From IMG/VR virus record IMGVR_UViG_3300013232_000154: 64,000 bases of DNA; one strand, given 5' to 3'. The stretch is from an uncultured virus (IMG/VR IMGVR_UViG_3300013232_000154). Taxonomy: Duplodnaviria; Heunggongvirae; Uroviricota; Caudoviricetes. A program made the translations under genes and the position numbers. This document shows, piece by piece, positions 10,505 through 21,059 of the stretch; within the stretch, counting starts at the first letter, position 1; every line of letters starts with the position of its first letter. Under the pieces are notes generated by a model. That model had not been told where the DNA came from and made no database searches. It saw only the letters and a list, made by a program, of their open reading frames with translations.

Positions 10505-11254
10505 CTATTCCTCCGACGCCCTTTCTCCTGCGGCTATCATTTCTGGCGACGTCATCTTCCCAAGTCCAAGCGCGGCCAGTTCTTTTGATACGTCATATTC
10601 GGACAACACGAAAGCCTCTATGGCAAGCCTCTCTGGCCCGATCTTCTTGCCAAGAGTCCCTGCATTCTTCTTCATCTGAGTCCATAGATTTTCCTCAATC
10701 TTGAACCCATACTTTTTGGAAAAGCGTAATGCCCTCGTGATGATTAGCGGGTTTTTTGGAACCGCGCTGGCTGGATCCATGATGGACGCGATAAGCTTTG
10801 ATTTTATGTCCTTGGACGCTCTCCCGGTGACGTCGATTAGGATATGTGGCTCTACGGCGAGGATGGCAAGAGAATTTATCGTGAAGTCTCTAGCGTATAT
10901 GTTTCTGGTTAGCGGGGTCGGGCTTACGCCGATCCCGTGCAGATACTCGGCAACTGCTGGGTCGTCCATCGGGCCTTGGAAGTCCATCTCCAGGTCGCCA
11001 GTCACCAGCCGTATGCTCATTGTCCTATGAAGTAGTTCCGACGAGGCCTTCAAGTTTTCCTCGACTAGACCAGCAAGTGTCGAGGCCTTTCCTACAGAAG
11101 CCGTCGCGATGTCCAAGTCGTGGACGTCCGATAGCGGCAATCCCATGGCCACAGACCTTGGATATCCGCCAACGAAGAACGCGTCCTTTATCCCAGCCTG
11201 GCTCGCCGCCAAGGTGATGGAAGATATCGCCCGTTTGAGGTCTGCCTCCGTCAT
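10505..11254 (-). CDS. CCA-adding enzyme / poly(A) polymerase family nucleotidyltransferase (class II, short)
   Basis: VGGYPR...DLDIAT, RDFTINSLA, RALRF motifs. Confidence 0.85.
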   Translation of the reverse strand: MTEADLKRAISSITLAASQAGIKDAFFVGGYPRSVAMGLPLSDVHDLDIATASVGKASTLAGLVEENLKASSELLHRTMSIRLVTGDLEMDFQGPMDDPAVAEYLHGIGVSPTPLTRNIYARDFTINSLAILAVEPHILIDVTGRASKDIKSKLIASIMDPASAVPKNPLIITRALRFSKKYGFKIEENLWTQMKKNAGTLGKKIGPERLAIEAFVLSEYDVSKELAALGLGKMTSPEMIAAGERASEE

Positions 11255-11257
11255 GGC

Positions 11258-14122
11258 CTACCCCATTTTCATCATGCGGCTCGAGATTGCGAGTCTGACC
11301 ATGCGGAGCAAGCTGATCGCCGACTGAACCGCTTGCTTGGTCCCGCCGAGTTCGTCCCTGATGAGGCTCCCGATCATTTCTCCAATTACGTCGCTGACTA
11401 ACTTGTACGTGGCTTGCTTCAGCCCAGCTCCACCACGCTTCTCAGACTGAGAGAGCCTGGACATGATGTATGCGTCGATGTTCTCGTTCGTGCTTAGCAA
11501 TCCGAAAATGTTGTCGATGATCGGGTCTAGTCCAGACTGCGATGTCAGGCTGGTGGCGATGGTATGCGCGACCATGCTCTTCAACTTGCTGGCCTTCTCG
11601 GCGTCTCCGTACGTTTTCCAGTCCCTTGAGATCGCGTCGAACGGTACGAATTTCCCGTACAGTTTGTTGGCGGCATTACCGAACAGGACGGAGCGCTGGC
11701 TCCTGTTGTTCAGCATCCTCAAAACGTTGCTCTCTCCGACGGTCGTGTAGAAGTCGTTGATCTTCTTGGTGAACTCGTTCTCTGGGAGGTTCAGCTTTTT
11801 TGCGTATTCAGGGGCTACGGTCCTCATTACCTCCTCTCGGGCAAGCTGCGATGCTTGCTCGTCGATGAACGTCTTGTATTGAGCCCTGAACGATTTGGGA
11901 AGGTCCTTGACGTCCTTCGTGGAACTTACGTATCCACGAATCACGTCTTGCATCATTTCTGGAGGAGCGGTGAGTCTTCCTGACTCATCCGATAAGTTAG
12001 GTAACTGATCTTGAGTTGCAAAGTTAAGGATCTTTGATGCCTTTGCCAAGACTTCAGTATTCTGGGCTGGATCTTCCAAACCAATGGGCTTAATGTAAAG
12101 ATATCTTCCTTTGACTGGTTTTACCTCGAAATCAACACCAGGGAACTGCTTCCCTAAAGCGCCATTCAAGAGCGTCTTGACGTATTCGATTGGATCGCCG
12201 ACTTCTGCTTGCCCCTCTGGGTCAGGAGAAAACATCTGGACGAGCTTCTGACGCATTTCTTGCTCGCCTTGCTGTACTTGCTCTGGCGTGTCCACCATGT
12301 CGACGCGAATCGTCTTCTGTTGTCCTATCGGCCTGATTGGATATACGAGCGCGTCTTGCGGGGCTTGTGGCGTGGTGGGCAACGTTCTCTTGAGTTCTTC
12401 CGCACGGTCTTGGATCTGCTTGATCAGATCCCATGTCGGATCGGGGATTGATTGCTCGTATGACGGTCCACCTTCCTCGCCAGCAATTTGCGACTTGATA
12501 TCACCAAACATTTCCTTGGCGATGCTTGGAGCCATGTAACTTTCAGCGAAGTTCTCTGGATTGGTATAGAGGATCGGTTTAGGGATGGATCTCTCCATTC
12601 CTACTCTTCCCCCTGCCTCTTCGCTGGAAATCTCATGCCTAGTTGCCTCGCCCTCTTCTCCAGTTCCAGTGATGTCTGTGGATACTTGCCTGAACTGGCC
12701 AGTGGCCCGCTGCTTCTGCTCTTGAACCTTGCTCGGGCTGATTTCTTGCTTTGCGGTAGAGATCATCCTGTTCTCGACCCAGAACTTTCCTCCTTGCTTG
12801 TAGTCCTTCTTCTGCAAGCTTATCTGCTCGTTTGGAGGAAGTGTAGAGTTGATCTCGTTCTGCAAGGCGTCAAGTTGTTCTTGAGGAAGCTTTTCGATCA
12901 CGCCGATGACCAGGTTGTTGAGCATGGTCGAAAGGATGGCCAGCGTCGTCTTGTTTTCTGTTCTGAACGTTTTCGTGGGCTTTGATAACGTCTCGTCTCT
13001 CGGGTCGATTACTTCCTTTGGTCTTACCTGGAGAGCCAGCCTCGGATCGCCTGGGTTCATGGCAGCGCCAGACGTGCTCCACATGAACTTTGGATCTGCC
13101 TCAAGCGGAAGATTCAATTTCGGGGCGACAAGCGAATATACTCTATTCAGGTTCTCGAAAGCGGAATACGTTCTGCTCCCCTCGTTTCCAGGAGGCACAA
13201 ATCCATGCGACAAATTCTGATACTGCCCTTGATACTCCCATCGATTCCACTTGTACGACTCCGCAACCATCAAGTCTTCCAAGTACTGGTTGAGTATCTT
13301 CGCGTCCTCGGTCTTGCTGAACTCGACGTCATCTAACGAGTTGAACCTCTTTAGGATTGAAGACATGTCCTTGCCCATGTACTTCACCGACGTGAAAGCT
13401 TGCTTCCCGCTTGGAAGCTGCATGATCCTGGACTTGGCGAGCCTGAAAACCGAATCGTTCGGGATGGAGAGGTTCGTTCCTTGCTTCAAGTGGCGTGGAA
13501 TCATGTCGCCAACGACATTGCCGTTCTGGTCGATGTAGCTCGAAAAGTTCTTCTGTGACTTGTCGACTGCCTTTTTGAAATATTTTGTCTTTGACGTCAA
13601 GAACGCAATGAAGTTCTTCACGTCTGGGGTATCAAGCGACTCGTAGACCCATTCGGTTACGCCCTTCGATTGACCGAGATTTTCTGCCTTGATAACCTCG
13701 TCCGACATCCATTCGCCTAGCGTCTTGTTCTGGTATGGGAGAAGCAGAATCTCGTTAATAATGTCTGTCTTCTCGGCGTCGTTTGTGGACATCTGGTACG
13801 CCTGATACAACTGCTGGGCTCTTTCCGTAGTTCCAGTCGCCTCTGGTGTCTCAACCGTTGCGGAAGGAGCTTGAGGAACTGCTTCTGGTACCACTGGTGG
13901 CTCTGGTACTGCTGGGGCAGTTGGTTCCTGCTGATAGCTCACGTCTCCCGGGGACGTGACGTCCTCTACGGGAACGGTCTGGCGACGAAGGTTGCTGACA
14001 GCCATGTCTCTGAGAAGTTCTGGATTGAAGACGTCTTGCCCCTCAGGAGAAGCCTGAATCCTCTGTATCTCTTGCTGGATTTCCGCCTCGGACAGAGCCG
14101 CGACGGCCACTATTATGAGCAT
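11258..14122 (-). CDS. Large hypothetical protein, probable virion protein
   Basis: 954-aa ORF, no recognisable domain. Confidence 0.75.
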   Translation of the reverse strand: MLIIVAVAALSEAEIQQEIQRIQASPEGQDVFNPELLRDMAVSNLRRQTVPVEDVTSPGDVSYQQEPTAPAVPEPPVVPEAVPQAPSATVETPEATGTTERAQQLYQAYQMSTNDAEKTDIINEILLLPYQNKTLGEWMSDEVIKAENLGQSKGVTEWVYESLDTPDVKNFIAFLTSKTKYFKKAVDKSQKNFSSYIDQNGNVVGDMIPRHLKQGTNLSIPNDSVFRLAKSRIMQLPSGKQAFTSVKYMGKDMSSILKRFNSLDDVEFSKTEDAKILNQYLEDLMVAESYKWNRWEYQGQYQNLSHGFVPPGNEGSRTYSAFENLNRVYSLVAPKLNLPLEADPKFMWSTSGAAMNPGDPRLALQVRPKEVIDPRDETLSKPTKTFRTENKTTLAILSTMLNNLVIGVIEKLPQEQLDALQNEINSTLPPNEQISLQKKDYKQGGKFWVENRMISTAKQEISPSKVQEQKQRATGQFRQVSTDITGTGEEGEATRHEISSEEAGGRVGMERSIPKPILYTNPENFAESYMAPSIAKEMFGDIKSQIAGEEGGPSYEQSIPDPTWDLIKQIQDRAEELKRTLPTTPQAPQDALVYPIRPIGQQKTIRVDMVDTPEQVQQGEQEMRQKLVQMFSPDPEGQAEVGDPIEYVKTLLNGALGKQFPGVDFEVKPVKGRYLYIKPIGLEDPAQNTEVLAKASKILNFATQDQLPNLSDESGRLTAPPEMMQDVIRGYVSSTKDVKDLPKSFRAQYKTFIDEQASQLAREEVMRTVAPEYAKKLNLPENEFTKKINDFYTTVGESNVLRMLNNRSQRSVLFGNAANKLYGKFVPFDAISRDWKTYGDAEKASKLKSMVAHTIATSLTSQSGLDPIIDNIFGLLSTNENIDAYIMSRLSQSEKRGGAGLKQATYKLVSDVIGEMIGSLIRDELGGTKQAVQSAISLLRMVRLAISSRMMKMG

Positions 14123-14135
14123 GATCTCTCTTCTC

Positions 14136-15500
14136 CTACGGCTTCAAGGCTGCGTTAAACGGATACACGCCTTCGGTCATTCTGTCCTTCCACAAGTATG
14201 GTGACCGTCTTGGCTCATCCCATACGTAGTAGACTCCATAGCTGTTTTGGTTTCCTTGCATCTCGCTCGTGTATTCTGGGTTGTACCGCGTCTGGTCCTC
14301 GATCTTCTTCTGTTTGTCTTCCATCCAGCCCTCGTCCTCGAAATAAGGCCAGACGCGAGCCCGTATGTCCATGTCGCTGACTGCCGTACCAAAGTTAGGC
14401 CCGCCGATGGACTGCGCCGCGAACTTGTATCTTGGTTTCATCCCCAACAACGTCAGCAAACCGATCAGACACCTCAGAACATGCCTGTACCTACGAGAGC
14501 ACAGCGACGTCCAAGGATCCACGCATCCGTCCTTCTCTTCCTTGATCTCTTCCTCAATGGATTCCAGGGCCAGCTTCCTGATCTCCTCCACCGCGTCATC
14601 CGACGAGAATGTTCTTCCCTTTGGATATGAGGACAAGTGAACCATCCCGCCAGGTTGTATGTATACTCCCTCGTTCGCAAGCTCCCTCTCTAGCTGAATG
14701 GCTATCTTGGCCTTGCGCTTGTTTTGTTCCTCGTCTGTTTCTATCGTTTCGACAGATGGGCCTTCGTCACCAAACGCGACAGATACCGTCGCGTCACTAA
14801 CGTCGTCTGGATTGTCGCATAGCGATTGGGCCACGATTATTGCGTGAATCGCGGCCTCATGAGCCTTCGGAGCGTTTTCTGGACTTACTGTAGAAGCGGT
14901 CACTCGCCATCCGTTAGATCCCCGCCTCAAGGCGACCTTTGCCCTTGGGGAATCATTCTTTACTTCTGGTTGCGTCAGCTTTATGTAATCGTCTATTTCC
15001 TTGCTGTTGATGACACGCTTAACCTTGCCGCCAAGGGCATCGATCAGGACGATTCCGAATCCGCCAGCGCATTCTCCAGTACCCGTGACGATCTTGTCTG
15101 AGCGCACGGTTGGAGACTCGACCTTGCTCTTTGTCTTCTTGTAGAAGTCGTCGGGGAGGCCAGCGCAAACGTAGGCTTCTTCAAGAGCGCCAACCTTGTA
15201 CAGTACGTTGCATCCACGAACGGAGAATCCCCCGAGAATCATTTCCTTCTCGTGGGCCTTCTTGGCTATGCCTTCTGCCAACTCTTCGTCTCCGCCGTCA
15301 TCGAAGAACACCACTGCCTTGAAGTCCGAGAGCGACATCTCGGCCTCCATGATGCGATCGACCTTAAGGTTTGATTCGCCCTCTGTGTCGATGTGGGTGT
15401 TCTCGCATGAATACCCGTTAGACTCCAAAACTTCCGTCAGTACGTAGACGGGTTGTCTGGACTCCTCGTGGCAAGCGACGATGAGTACCTTGTTTGGCAT
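14136..15500 (-). CDS. Protein with N-terminal DJ-1/PfpI-like domain
   Basis: KVLIVA...EVLESNGY...DFKAVVF...GG...VRSDKIVTG pattern; usual nucleophile Cys not evident. Confidence 0.55.
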   Translation of the reverse strand: MPNKVLIVACHEESRQPVYVLTEVLESNGYSCENTHIDTEGESNLKVDRIMEAEMSLSDFKAVVFFDDGGDEELAEGIAKKAHEKEMILGGFSVRGCNVLYKVGALEEAYVCAGLPDDFYKKTKSKVESPTVRSDKIVTGTGECAGGFGIVLIDALGGKVKRVINSKEIDDYIKLTQPEVKNDSPRAKVALRRGSNGWRVTASTVSPENAPKAHEAAIHAIIVAQSLCDNPDDVSDATVSVAFGDEGPSVETIETDEEQNKRKAKIAIQLERELANEGVYIQPGGMVHLSSYPKGRTFSSDDAVEEIRKLALESIEEEIKEEKDGCVDPWTSLCSRRYRHVLRCLIGLLTLLGMKPRYKFAAQSIGGPNFGTAVSDMDIRARVWPYFEDEGWMEDKQKKIEDQTRYNPEYTSEMQGNQNSYGVYYVWDEPRRSPYLWKDRMTEGVYPFNAALKP

Positions 15501-15504
15501 CTCA

Positions 15505-15675
15505 TTATTCCTTGGCCCCGGGCTTTTTCAAGTACACCTGATCCTTGCGGACGATGTACTCGCCAGAACTGGCGGTAACGACGACGTGATCATGAAGTAC
15601 CTGCTTGACCTTGCCAGATAGCTCGCGGCCAGCGTCCTTCCAGAAGACGGTCTTGAACACGGTTATCCTTGACAT
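15505..15675 (-). CDS. Small hypothetical protein (56 aa, SH3/KOW-like)
   Basis: MSRITVFKTVFWKDAGRELSGKVKQVLHDHVVVTASSGEYIVRKDQVYLKKPGAKE; fills the gap between neighbours; below the ORF-track cut-off. Confidence 0.55.
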   Translation of the reverse strand: MSRITVFKTVFWKDAGRELSGKVKQVLHDHVVVTASSGEYIVRKDQVYLKKPGAKE

Positions 15676-16352
15676 TGCTTCACCCGCCTGAGCCTATACT
15701 TGCCAAGAAGGCCAACGAGCCCACTTCTAGTGAGCGCGGACAGGTCTTCCTCGGCAAATCGCCTCCCGTCATCGGACTCCAACATCCTTCCGTCTGGACA
15801 TCGAATGGTCGCGCCATCGTTCTCCAGCGAGTATTTCGGCGAGGTCAATGGACACTCAGAGGAAAGCCAGCTAGCCAGCGCGACTTGTGGTACCACCCTG
15901 AGCCTGTCCCCGCCTTCACTGTCCAGCGACAACGTCAGAATCCCGCCACCACCTTCGTCAAGGACGAAGAACCTCTTCCCAGCTTCCTCGTTCCATGGCA
16001 ACTCAATGGACGTCCTCCTGTCCTTTGAGATGACGTGGCCAGGCATCACCGATCTGTCTTGTCCGATTAGGATCACGATGTCGCCATTGCGCATCCGTGA
16101 CTGCGACAGGCCGATTCCTGCGGACGAATGCGGAGAGGCGGTGACGTCCAAGTATGGGTTGTACGCCCCGTCGCCCATCCTTCCAAACCTGAGCCTCACG
16201 CCGTTCAGGTGAAGCCCGTCCGACACGAGGGCCTTTATCCTTCTGATGGTCTCACGATGTGACGGTGGGTCGCCGAGAGGCTTGGCCTTCTCGGCGACCT
16301 TGACGCCGTGCTCGACGGCGTAATATTGCCCGTCCTGCCATCGTACTATCAT
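15663..16352 (-). CDS. Hypothetical protein
   Basis: 229-aa ORF, ATGA overlap with upstream gene. Confidence 0.65.
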   Translation of the reverse strand: MIVRWQDGQYYAVEHGVKVAEKAKPLGDPPSHRETIRRIKALVSDGLHLNGVRLRFGRMGDGAYNPYLDVTASPHSSAGIGLSQSRMRNGDIVILIGQDRSVMPGHVISKDRRTSIELPWNEEAGKRFFVLDEGGGGILTLSLDSEGGDRLRVVPQVALASWLSSECPLTSPKYSLENDGATIRCPDGRMLESDDGRRFAEEDLSALTRSGLVGLLGKYRLRRVKQCQG

Positions 16353-17026
16353 TTCTCTTCTTCGCCGAATATGGACAGGAAGTCGAACCTGTCCGGGCTA
16401 CCAGCCTTCTTCTCTTCCTTCTTTTCTTCCTTCTTTGGAGGAGCCTCGAAGATCTTGTTGCTCTTCGCGGACGACGGGTCGATGACCTTGGACTCCTTGT
16501 ACAAGGCGATGTCCTCGTCCTTCTCCTCGACCTCTTCAGCGTCGGCTACCCGATTGATGGCCTTGGCCTTCTTCGACTTCTTGGTCTGGACTTGCTTACC
16601 AGGAGCGGCCAATTTGACCTCTTCTATCGTAGCGGCCTTCGAGGCTGCGACGTCGGCTATCATTGGAGGGGCTTCTGGGTCGGCGAGCATGTTCCAGGCA
16701 AGCGCGTTCTGGATTTCCTTGAAGTTCATCGCGCTCTCTGGGATCTCGATCAGCATTCCAGGCTCGACGGTTCCCTTGATGCACTCAAAGGCGATCTTGG
16801 ACTTGTAGATGTTCCGCAGCTTCTTTGTCTTTTCTTTCGGCTTGTTCGCGTACGCCGCTGGAGGCTCTCCAACCAGCTTTGCAAACCCAGCCGCGATCGC
16901 CCCTTGGACGTCCTTGTGCTGGTAGAGGTCGTCTGAGATTGTGATCCTCGACCCTTTCACCAGGGTGGCCTTGGCGCAATCCAAACACACGCGCATCTCG
17001 TTCTGAATCAAACTCTCAAGAATCAT
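16349..17026 (-). CDS. Hypothetical protein
   Basis: 225-aa ORF, ATGA overlap. Confidence 0.7.
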   Translation of the reverse strand: MILESLIQNEMRVCLDCAKATLVKGSRITISDDLYQHKDVQGAIAAGFAKLVGEPPAAYANKPKEKTKKLRNIYKSKIAFECIKGTVEPGMLIEIPESAMNFKEIQNALAWNMLADPEAPPMIADVAASKAATIEEVKLAAPGKQVQTKKSKKAKAINRVADAEEVEEKDEDIALYKESKVIDPSSAKSNKIFEAPPKKEEKKEEKKAGSPDRFDFLSIFGEEEK

Positions 17027-17619
17027 TCTGATCTCCTTGTTCTTCTCGTCACGATCGTGCCCCTCAAGCCACGCTGCTTGACAATGGCTTCTTCGTAACT
17101 ATTCACTGTCACGCTCACTTGTTTTCCATCACTCTTCGCATCGTCACCAAGGATTTTCTTGATTTCGTCTTCTGTGTCCCATGGTCTCAGTATGAATGAT
17201 ACGATGTATTCGGCGTCGGGATCTGGCAACGAACCCCTTTCCTTGTCCATCATCCTGAGGCGCTTCAACTCTGGAGTGGCATCATCGCTCGTCCCGCGAG
17301 TTTGCTCGTCCGAGTTCTGAGACTTGTTCGTTTGGTTGTTGGTACTCGGCAATGGTCCTCTTTGATGCTCATTGACTGGAGGCCCACCGAAGTTTGGTAC
17401 AGCCGTCGTGTAATACGAACTCTTGTATGGGTCATGGTTGTCTACTTGGGTCCATGAAGGGCCGAGAGACCCGCCTGGGCCTATGGCTTCCTTCTCCAAT
17501 CGCTTGGCTAAGGACACAAGTTCTTCGTTGCTGGCGCCTTCTAGGTCGTCAGCCTTGACGTCTGGGCATAGCCGACGGATCATGGCCATGCCTGATACTT
17601 TGCTGAGGTTGAACTTCAT
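17023..17619 (-). CDS. Hypothetical protein (starts MKFNLSKV)
   Basis: Start placed just after the stop of the upstream gene. Confidence 0.65.
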   Translation of the reverse strand: MKFNLSKVSGMAMIRRLCPDVKADDLEGASNEELVSLAKRLEKEAIGPGGSLGPSWTQVDNHDPYKSSYYTTAVPNFGGPPVNEHQRGPLPSTNNQTNKSQNSDEQTRGTSDDATPELKRLRMMDKERGSLPDPDAEYIVSFILRPWDTEDEIKKILGDDAKSDGKQVSVTVNSYEEAIVKQRGLRGTIVTRRTRRSE

Positions 17620-17621
17620 GC

Positions 17622-18512
17622 TTAGATGAATCCTAGTCCCGTGAGGCGATAGGTCTTCCCATCTGGGCATTCACAATCTATGGTTCCAGCCTTGTGAACA
17701 ACTGATATCTTGCACGTCATGTTATGCACGTCAATCGTTTGACCGACTTGGGGCCGCTTGCCGATTGATGATTCCTCTTGGACTGGCTCTTCCCTTAAGC
17801 CTAGAAGGTTAGCCTTCTTGGTCTTAAGCTCTGAAACTTGGCGCTGCTCTGATGCGTTCAACTCGCGGTTCTGATCCATAATGGCAGCTAGCTTGACGTC
17901 TATGTCCTTGAGTTCCGCAACTCTAGTCGAATATGGGCCAGATCCGCCCTTATGATGCAGGTATGGGACGTACTTGGCGTACTTCTTCTCGTTCTCAATT
18001 GCCTTCAGGTTGAAGGCCTTCTTGTTCGTCAACTGCTTGCCCACGTCCTTGTCAAGGATGCGTTCCTTCTTTTCCTTCGCGGCCTTGTCAGACTTCTCGA
18101 ACCGTTCGGCTCGCTTCTCGTCGCTTGCCTCACCCTGCTCGGCTGGAAGGTTGTTGACGGGTCGGGCGTCCCCGGTCCTCTCCCAAGCTTCTGGGTTGCG
18201 ATGTGGGTAAGGGGTCGTCGAGGCCGTGTCCAGCCTCTTCTCCGTGATCCCTTGAAGCTTTGAGTTCTCGGTCGGAAGCTTCTTGTCCACCAGCTTCTTC
18301 TCGACGGTCGATGGGGGATCTTCTACTCCCGTCCTGTCGGATCCCTTGGCCCCTAGGCCTTGTTCGGTCGTCTTTCCGAGAGGCTCCCGATCCATGTCTT
18401 TTCGCTGTTCGTCGAGCCTTGTTTCGGTGCTTTCAAGGGCGGCTTTCTTGCCCATGCGCTTGGCCAATTCCTCGGCGAAGAGGTCGTTTACCTTGCCCGT
18501 TTTCTGGATCAT
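17622..18512 (-). CDS. Hypothetical protein with short TE.RL repeats
   Basis: 296 aa; TETRL, TEQGL, VEKKL, TEKRL; AGGAG RBS. Confidence 0.7.
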   Translation of the reverse strand: MIQKTGKVNDLFAEELAKRMGKKAALESTETRLDEQRKDMDREPLGKTTEQGLGAKGSDRTGVEDPPSTVEKKLVDKKLPTENSKLQGITEKRLDTASTTPYPHRNPEAWERTGDARPVNNLPAEQGEASDEKRAERFEKSDKAAKEKKERILDKDVGKQLTNKKAFNLKAIENEKKYAKYVPYLHHKGGSGPYSTRVAELKDIDVKLAAIMDQNRELNASEQRQVSELKTKKANLLGLREEPVQEESSIGKRPQVGQTIDVHNMTCKISVVHKAGTIDCECPDGKTYRLTGLGFI

Positions 18513-18556
18513 GACTATCTCCTTGTCCTCTTAGAGGTCTTCTGTTTGGAGGACGC

Positions 18557-21058
18557 TTATCCCTTGGCTGACAAAGCCATTGCCTTCGACGCGATATGTG
18601 TCGATTTGCATGCGAATGCCACTGACGACCCGAAAACCGTCATCGACGTGGGCCTTCCAACCGCGAACACGCCGTCACTGGACAGATGTGTCTCCTCGCG
18701 ACCCCACTCTTCTGGGGCCACGGCCCTCAACTCGCTTGGAAGAAGCCTCATGAAGTTCGCTGGGTTTGAAGGTCTTGGAAGGTTAACCAAGGTTACCTTT
18801 GCCTTGGTTCGGTCAATTGACAGCATGCGATCAAGAAGGATTGCCGCTCCGATCTCGTCGCCCTTTTCAATCGCGTCCATAACGTCTTCTGGTTGTGGGT
18901 CAGAGGACAACTCCTCTGCCTCTGATATCTTTCCATCCGAGAACGACAAGCCGAGCCTAGAAAGCAATCCAGATGCTTCTCCTCTGGCGTCCATCTTTTC
19001 CAAGGATTCCCAAGCGATCTGGGCCAGTTCTGCCGCCTCTTTTCCAGAGAAGCGTTCCTCTGCGGCAAGGCGCAACAGAACCAGAAGAGCTTCCTTGTCT
19101 TCGATGTCGGCAAGGTTTCTGGCAAGTGTGGTCGATCCCTCTGGAAGAGAGAATATGGAGTTCGCTTCGGGGATCTTATCGCCAGCCCAGTCCGTACGAG
19201 CGGCCTTCATGTACTGAAGGGCCTTCTTCCTTCCGAGCATGGATGCCAGCGCCTCTGGAAGGAGGCTCATTGCCCCTCCAGCGGTTGGCAGGACGTCCTC
19301 TCCAAGGGCAGACAAGGCAAGCGCCCTCATCTCTGGCTTTGCTTTGCCGAAACCCTTGCGTTGGAGTATCTTTTGTACCGTTTCCATGTCACCGCTCTCG
19401 CTCGCGCAGGCGAGGGCGAAGCATCTAAGGTCTGGATGATCTGAACACGCGGATTCAAGCAGAGCTTTGTCTCCGTGAGCGGATATTGCACGCATTACCT
19501 TTCGGTCTAGCAAGTCATCCGGACACACTAGCTTTTGTTCGCGGCGGAGCTGCAACAACTTGCCTAGGAAGTTCCTGACGGACTGGTCTCCCTCGTTAAG
19601 CCTTGAGAAGAACGTGATGTTGACCGAGAGCTTGTCGCCTTCTGGGATCAGGCATATTTCTGGAGCCGCGCCAAGGACGACGTCACGCCCTTGTGTTGCC
19701 ACCAAGTTAACGACGGCATTCACCATGTCTGGATCACTTCTGTTGTTCGTAAGGAACTGTAGAACGTCGGCGTCATCGGACGAATAGAGCCTGGCGAAAT
19801 CGGCCACGCCCTTACCCTCTGGAACAGCCGATAGCGCGTCCCAGTCCTTGTCGGTGAACGCTTCGCAAAGCTGCGGGTATTGGCCAAGAACTGACACGGC
19901 CTTTCGGGCCGCGAGCGCCTTGTCTTCCCCAGCGGAAATGGTCATCAGCAAAGAGTTTATGTCGGAACACGTGCCTACTTCTTCGCCAGACAATACCCTT
20001 GGAGAGTCGTACCATTCTCCCAGTGACGGATTGTTCATGGCTGGGGCGACATCTTCTTCGTACTCAAGACCATCCGCCTTTAGCCCTTCCTTTAGCTTGT
20101 CCACATATGGGGCAAGCATCCGTCCTATGGTCATGCGAAGATCAAGCGTTTCCTTCGGCAACTCAGACCTCTCTCGCAAAGCCATCATTGTCTTGCTGGG
20201 ACCGATGGCCTTAAGCAAGAGAGGGAGGAAATCGAAGCGCCCAGTCTTATTGGCGTGTGCAAGTATGGCCTCAGCCGAGTCGGCTGGATCGTCAACCTTT
20301 TCCTTGAGAGCATGGGTCATCTGGTCTTTCAATATGCTAGGAAGATGCTCCATCAGCATGAGCGCCTTGGCGGAAGGAGACGATGGCTTGACCTCCACGT
20401 TCTTCTTCGTCTTGAGGCGCATCCTCTTCGGGTTTCCTTCTGGGTCGAAGTACCGCAGATGCCCGCTGAGTATCTGATTTCCCATGGTTCCGAGAAGCCT
20501 GTATGGCCTCTTCTCGTGACGCCACAAGTATATCGCTTCCTTCTCCATCTTGTTTGAAGACGACGCCATTGGGGGTGGCGCTCCTCCACCTCCGCCGCCT
20601 GGCTGTTGAGGAGGAGGAACGAACTTAAGCTCGCTCAACTTCTTCTTCGCCGTTCCATCCTTGATGAACTTGTCGGCTAGTCCCCTGACGAGTTTGTAGT
20701 ATTCAACGTCGTACAGCTTCACGTATTGCCAATAAGAGACCTTGCCCATCACTTCCTCGACGTCATTCAATGACTGCGTGTACCCGAGGAATGCCAGTTC
20801 CATCGCGTCGTCCTGAGCTAGCTGCGCGGACGGGGTCGACTTTCGGCGCATGAGGTGGAGTCTATGCTCGCCCTTGAATTCTGTCGGTACATCCTTCTCG
20901 TGGGGAGGTACCCACTTCTTTTTGGCGACGGCGACGATTTGTTCTTCCATGCCAGCCTTCCAGTCGTTCATCCTAGACAACTCGTCCACGTCGCTTCCAG
21001 CGGGCATAGAAATCGCGCTCTTTATCTGTGAGGCGATCCACTGGTTCGTTTTCTTCAT
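18557..21058 (-). CDS. Large hypothetical helical protein
   Basis: About 833-aa ORF immediately downstream of terminase. Confidence 0.7.
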   Translation of the reverse strand: MKKTNQWIASQIKSAISMPAGSDVDELSRMNDWKAGMEEQIVAVAKKKWVPPHEKDVPTEFKGEHRLHLMRRKSTPSAQLAQDDAMELAFLGYTQSLNDVEEVMGKVSYWQYVKLYDVEYYKLVRGLADKFIKDGTAKKKLSELKFVPPPQQPGGGGGGAPPPMASSSNKMEKEAIYLWRHEKRPYRLLGTMGNQILSGHLRYFDPEGNPKRMRLKTKKNVEVKPSSPSAKALMLMEHLPSILKDQMTHALKEKVDDPADSAEAILAHANKTGRFDFLPLLLKAIGPSKTMMALRERSELPKETLDLRMTIGRMLAPYVDKLKEGLKADGLEYEEDVAPAMNNPSLGEWYDSPRVLSGEEVGTCSDINSLLMTISAGEDKALAARKAVSVLGQYPQLCEAFTDKDWDALSAVPEGKGVADFARLYSSDDADVLQFLTNNRSDPDMVNAVVNLVATQGRDVVLGAAPEICLIPEGDKLSVNITFFSRLNEGDQSVRNFLGKLLQLRREQKLVCPDDLLDRKVMRAISAHGDKALLESACSDHPDLRCFALACASESGDMETVQKILQRKGFGKAKPEMRALALSALGEDVLPTAGGAMSLLPEALASMLGRKKALQYMKAARTDWAGDKIPEANSIFSLPEGSTTLARNLADIEDKEALLVLLRLAAEERFSGKEAAELAQIAWESLEKMDARGEASGLLSRLGLSFSDGKISEAEELSSDPQPEDVMDAIEKGDEIGAAILLDRMLSIDRTKAKVTLVNLPRPSNPANFMRLLPSELRAVAPEEWGREETHLSSDGVFAVGRPTSMTVFGSSVAFACKSTHIASKAMALSAKG

Positions 21059-21059
21059 G

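Noticed and set aside
1729..21058. Specific capsid, portal or tail assignments
   Set aside because: No diagnostic motif recognisable by eye; needs profile or structure searches.
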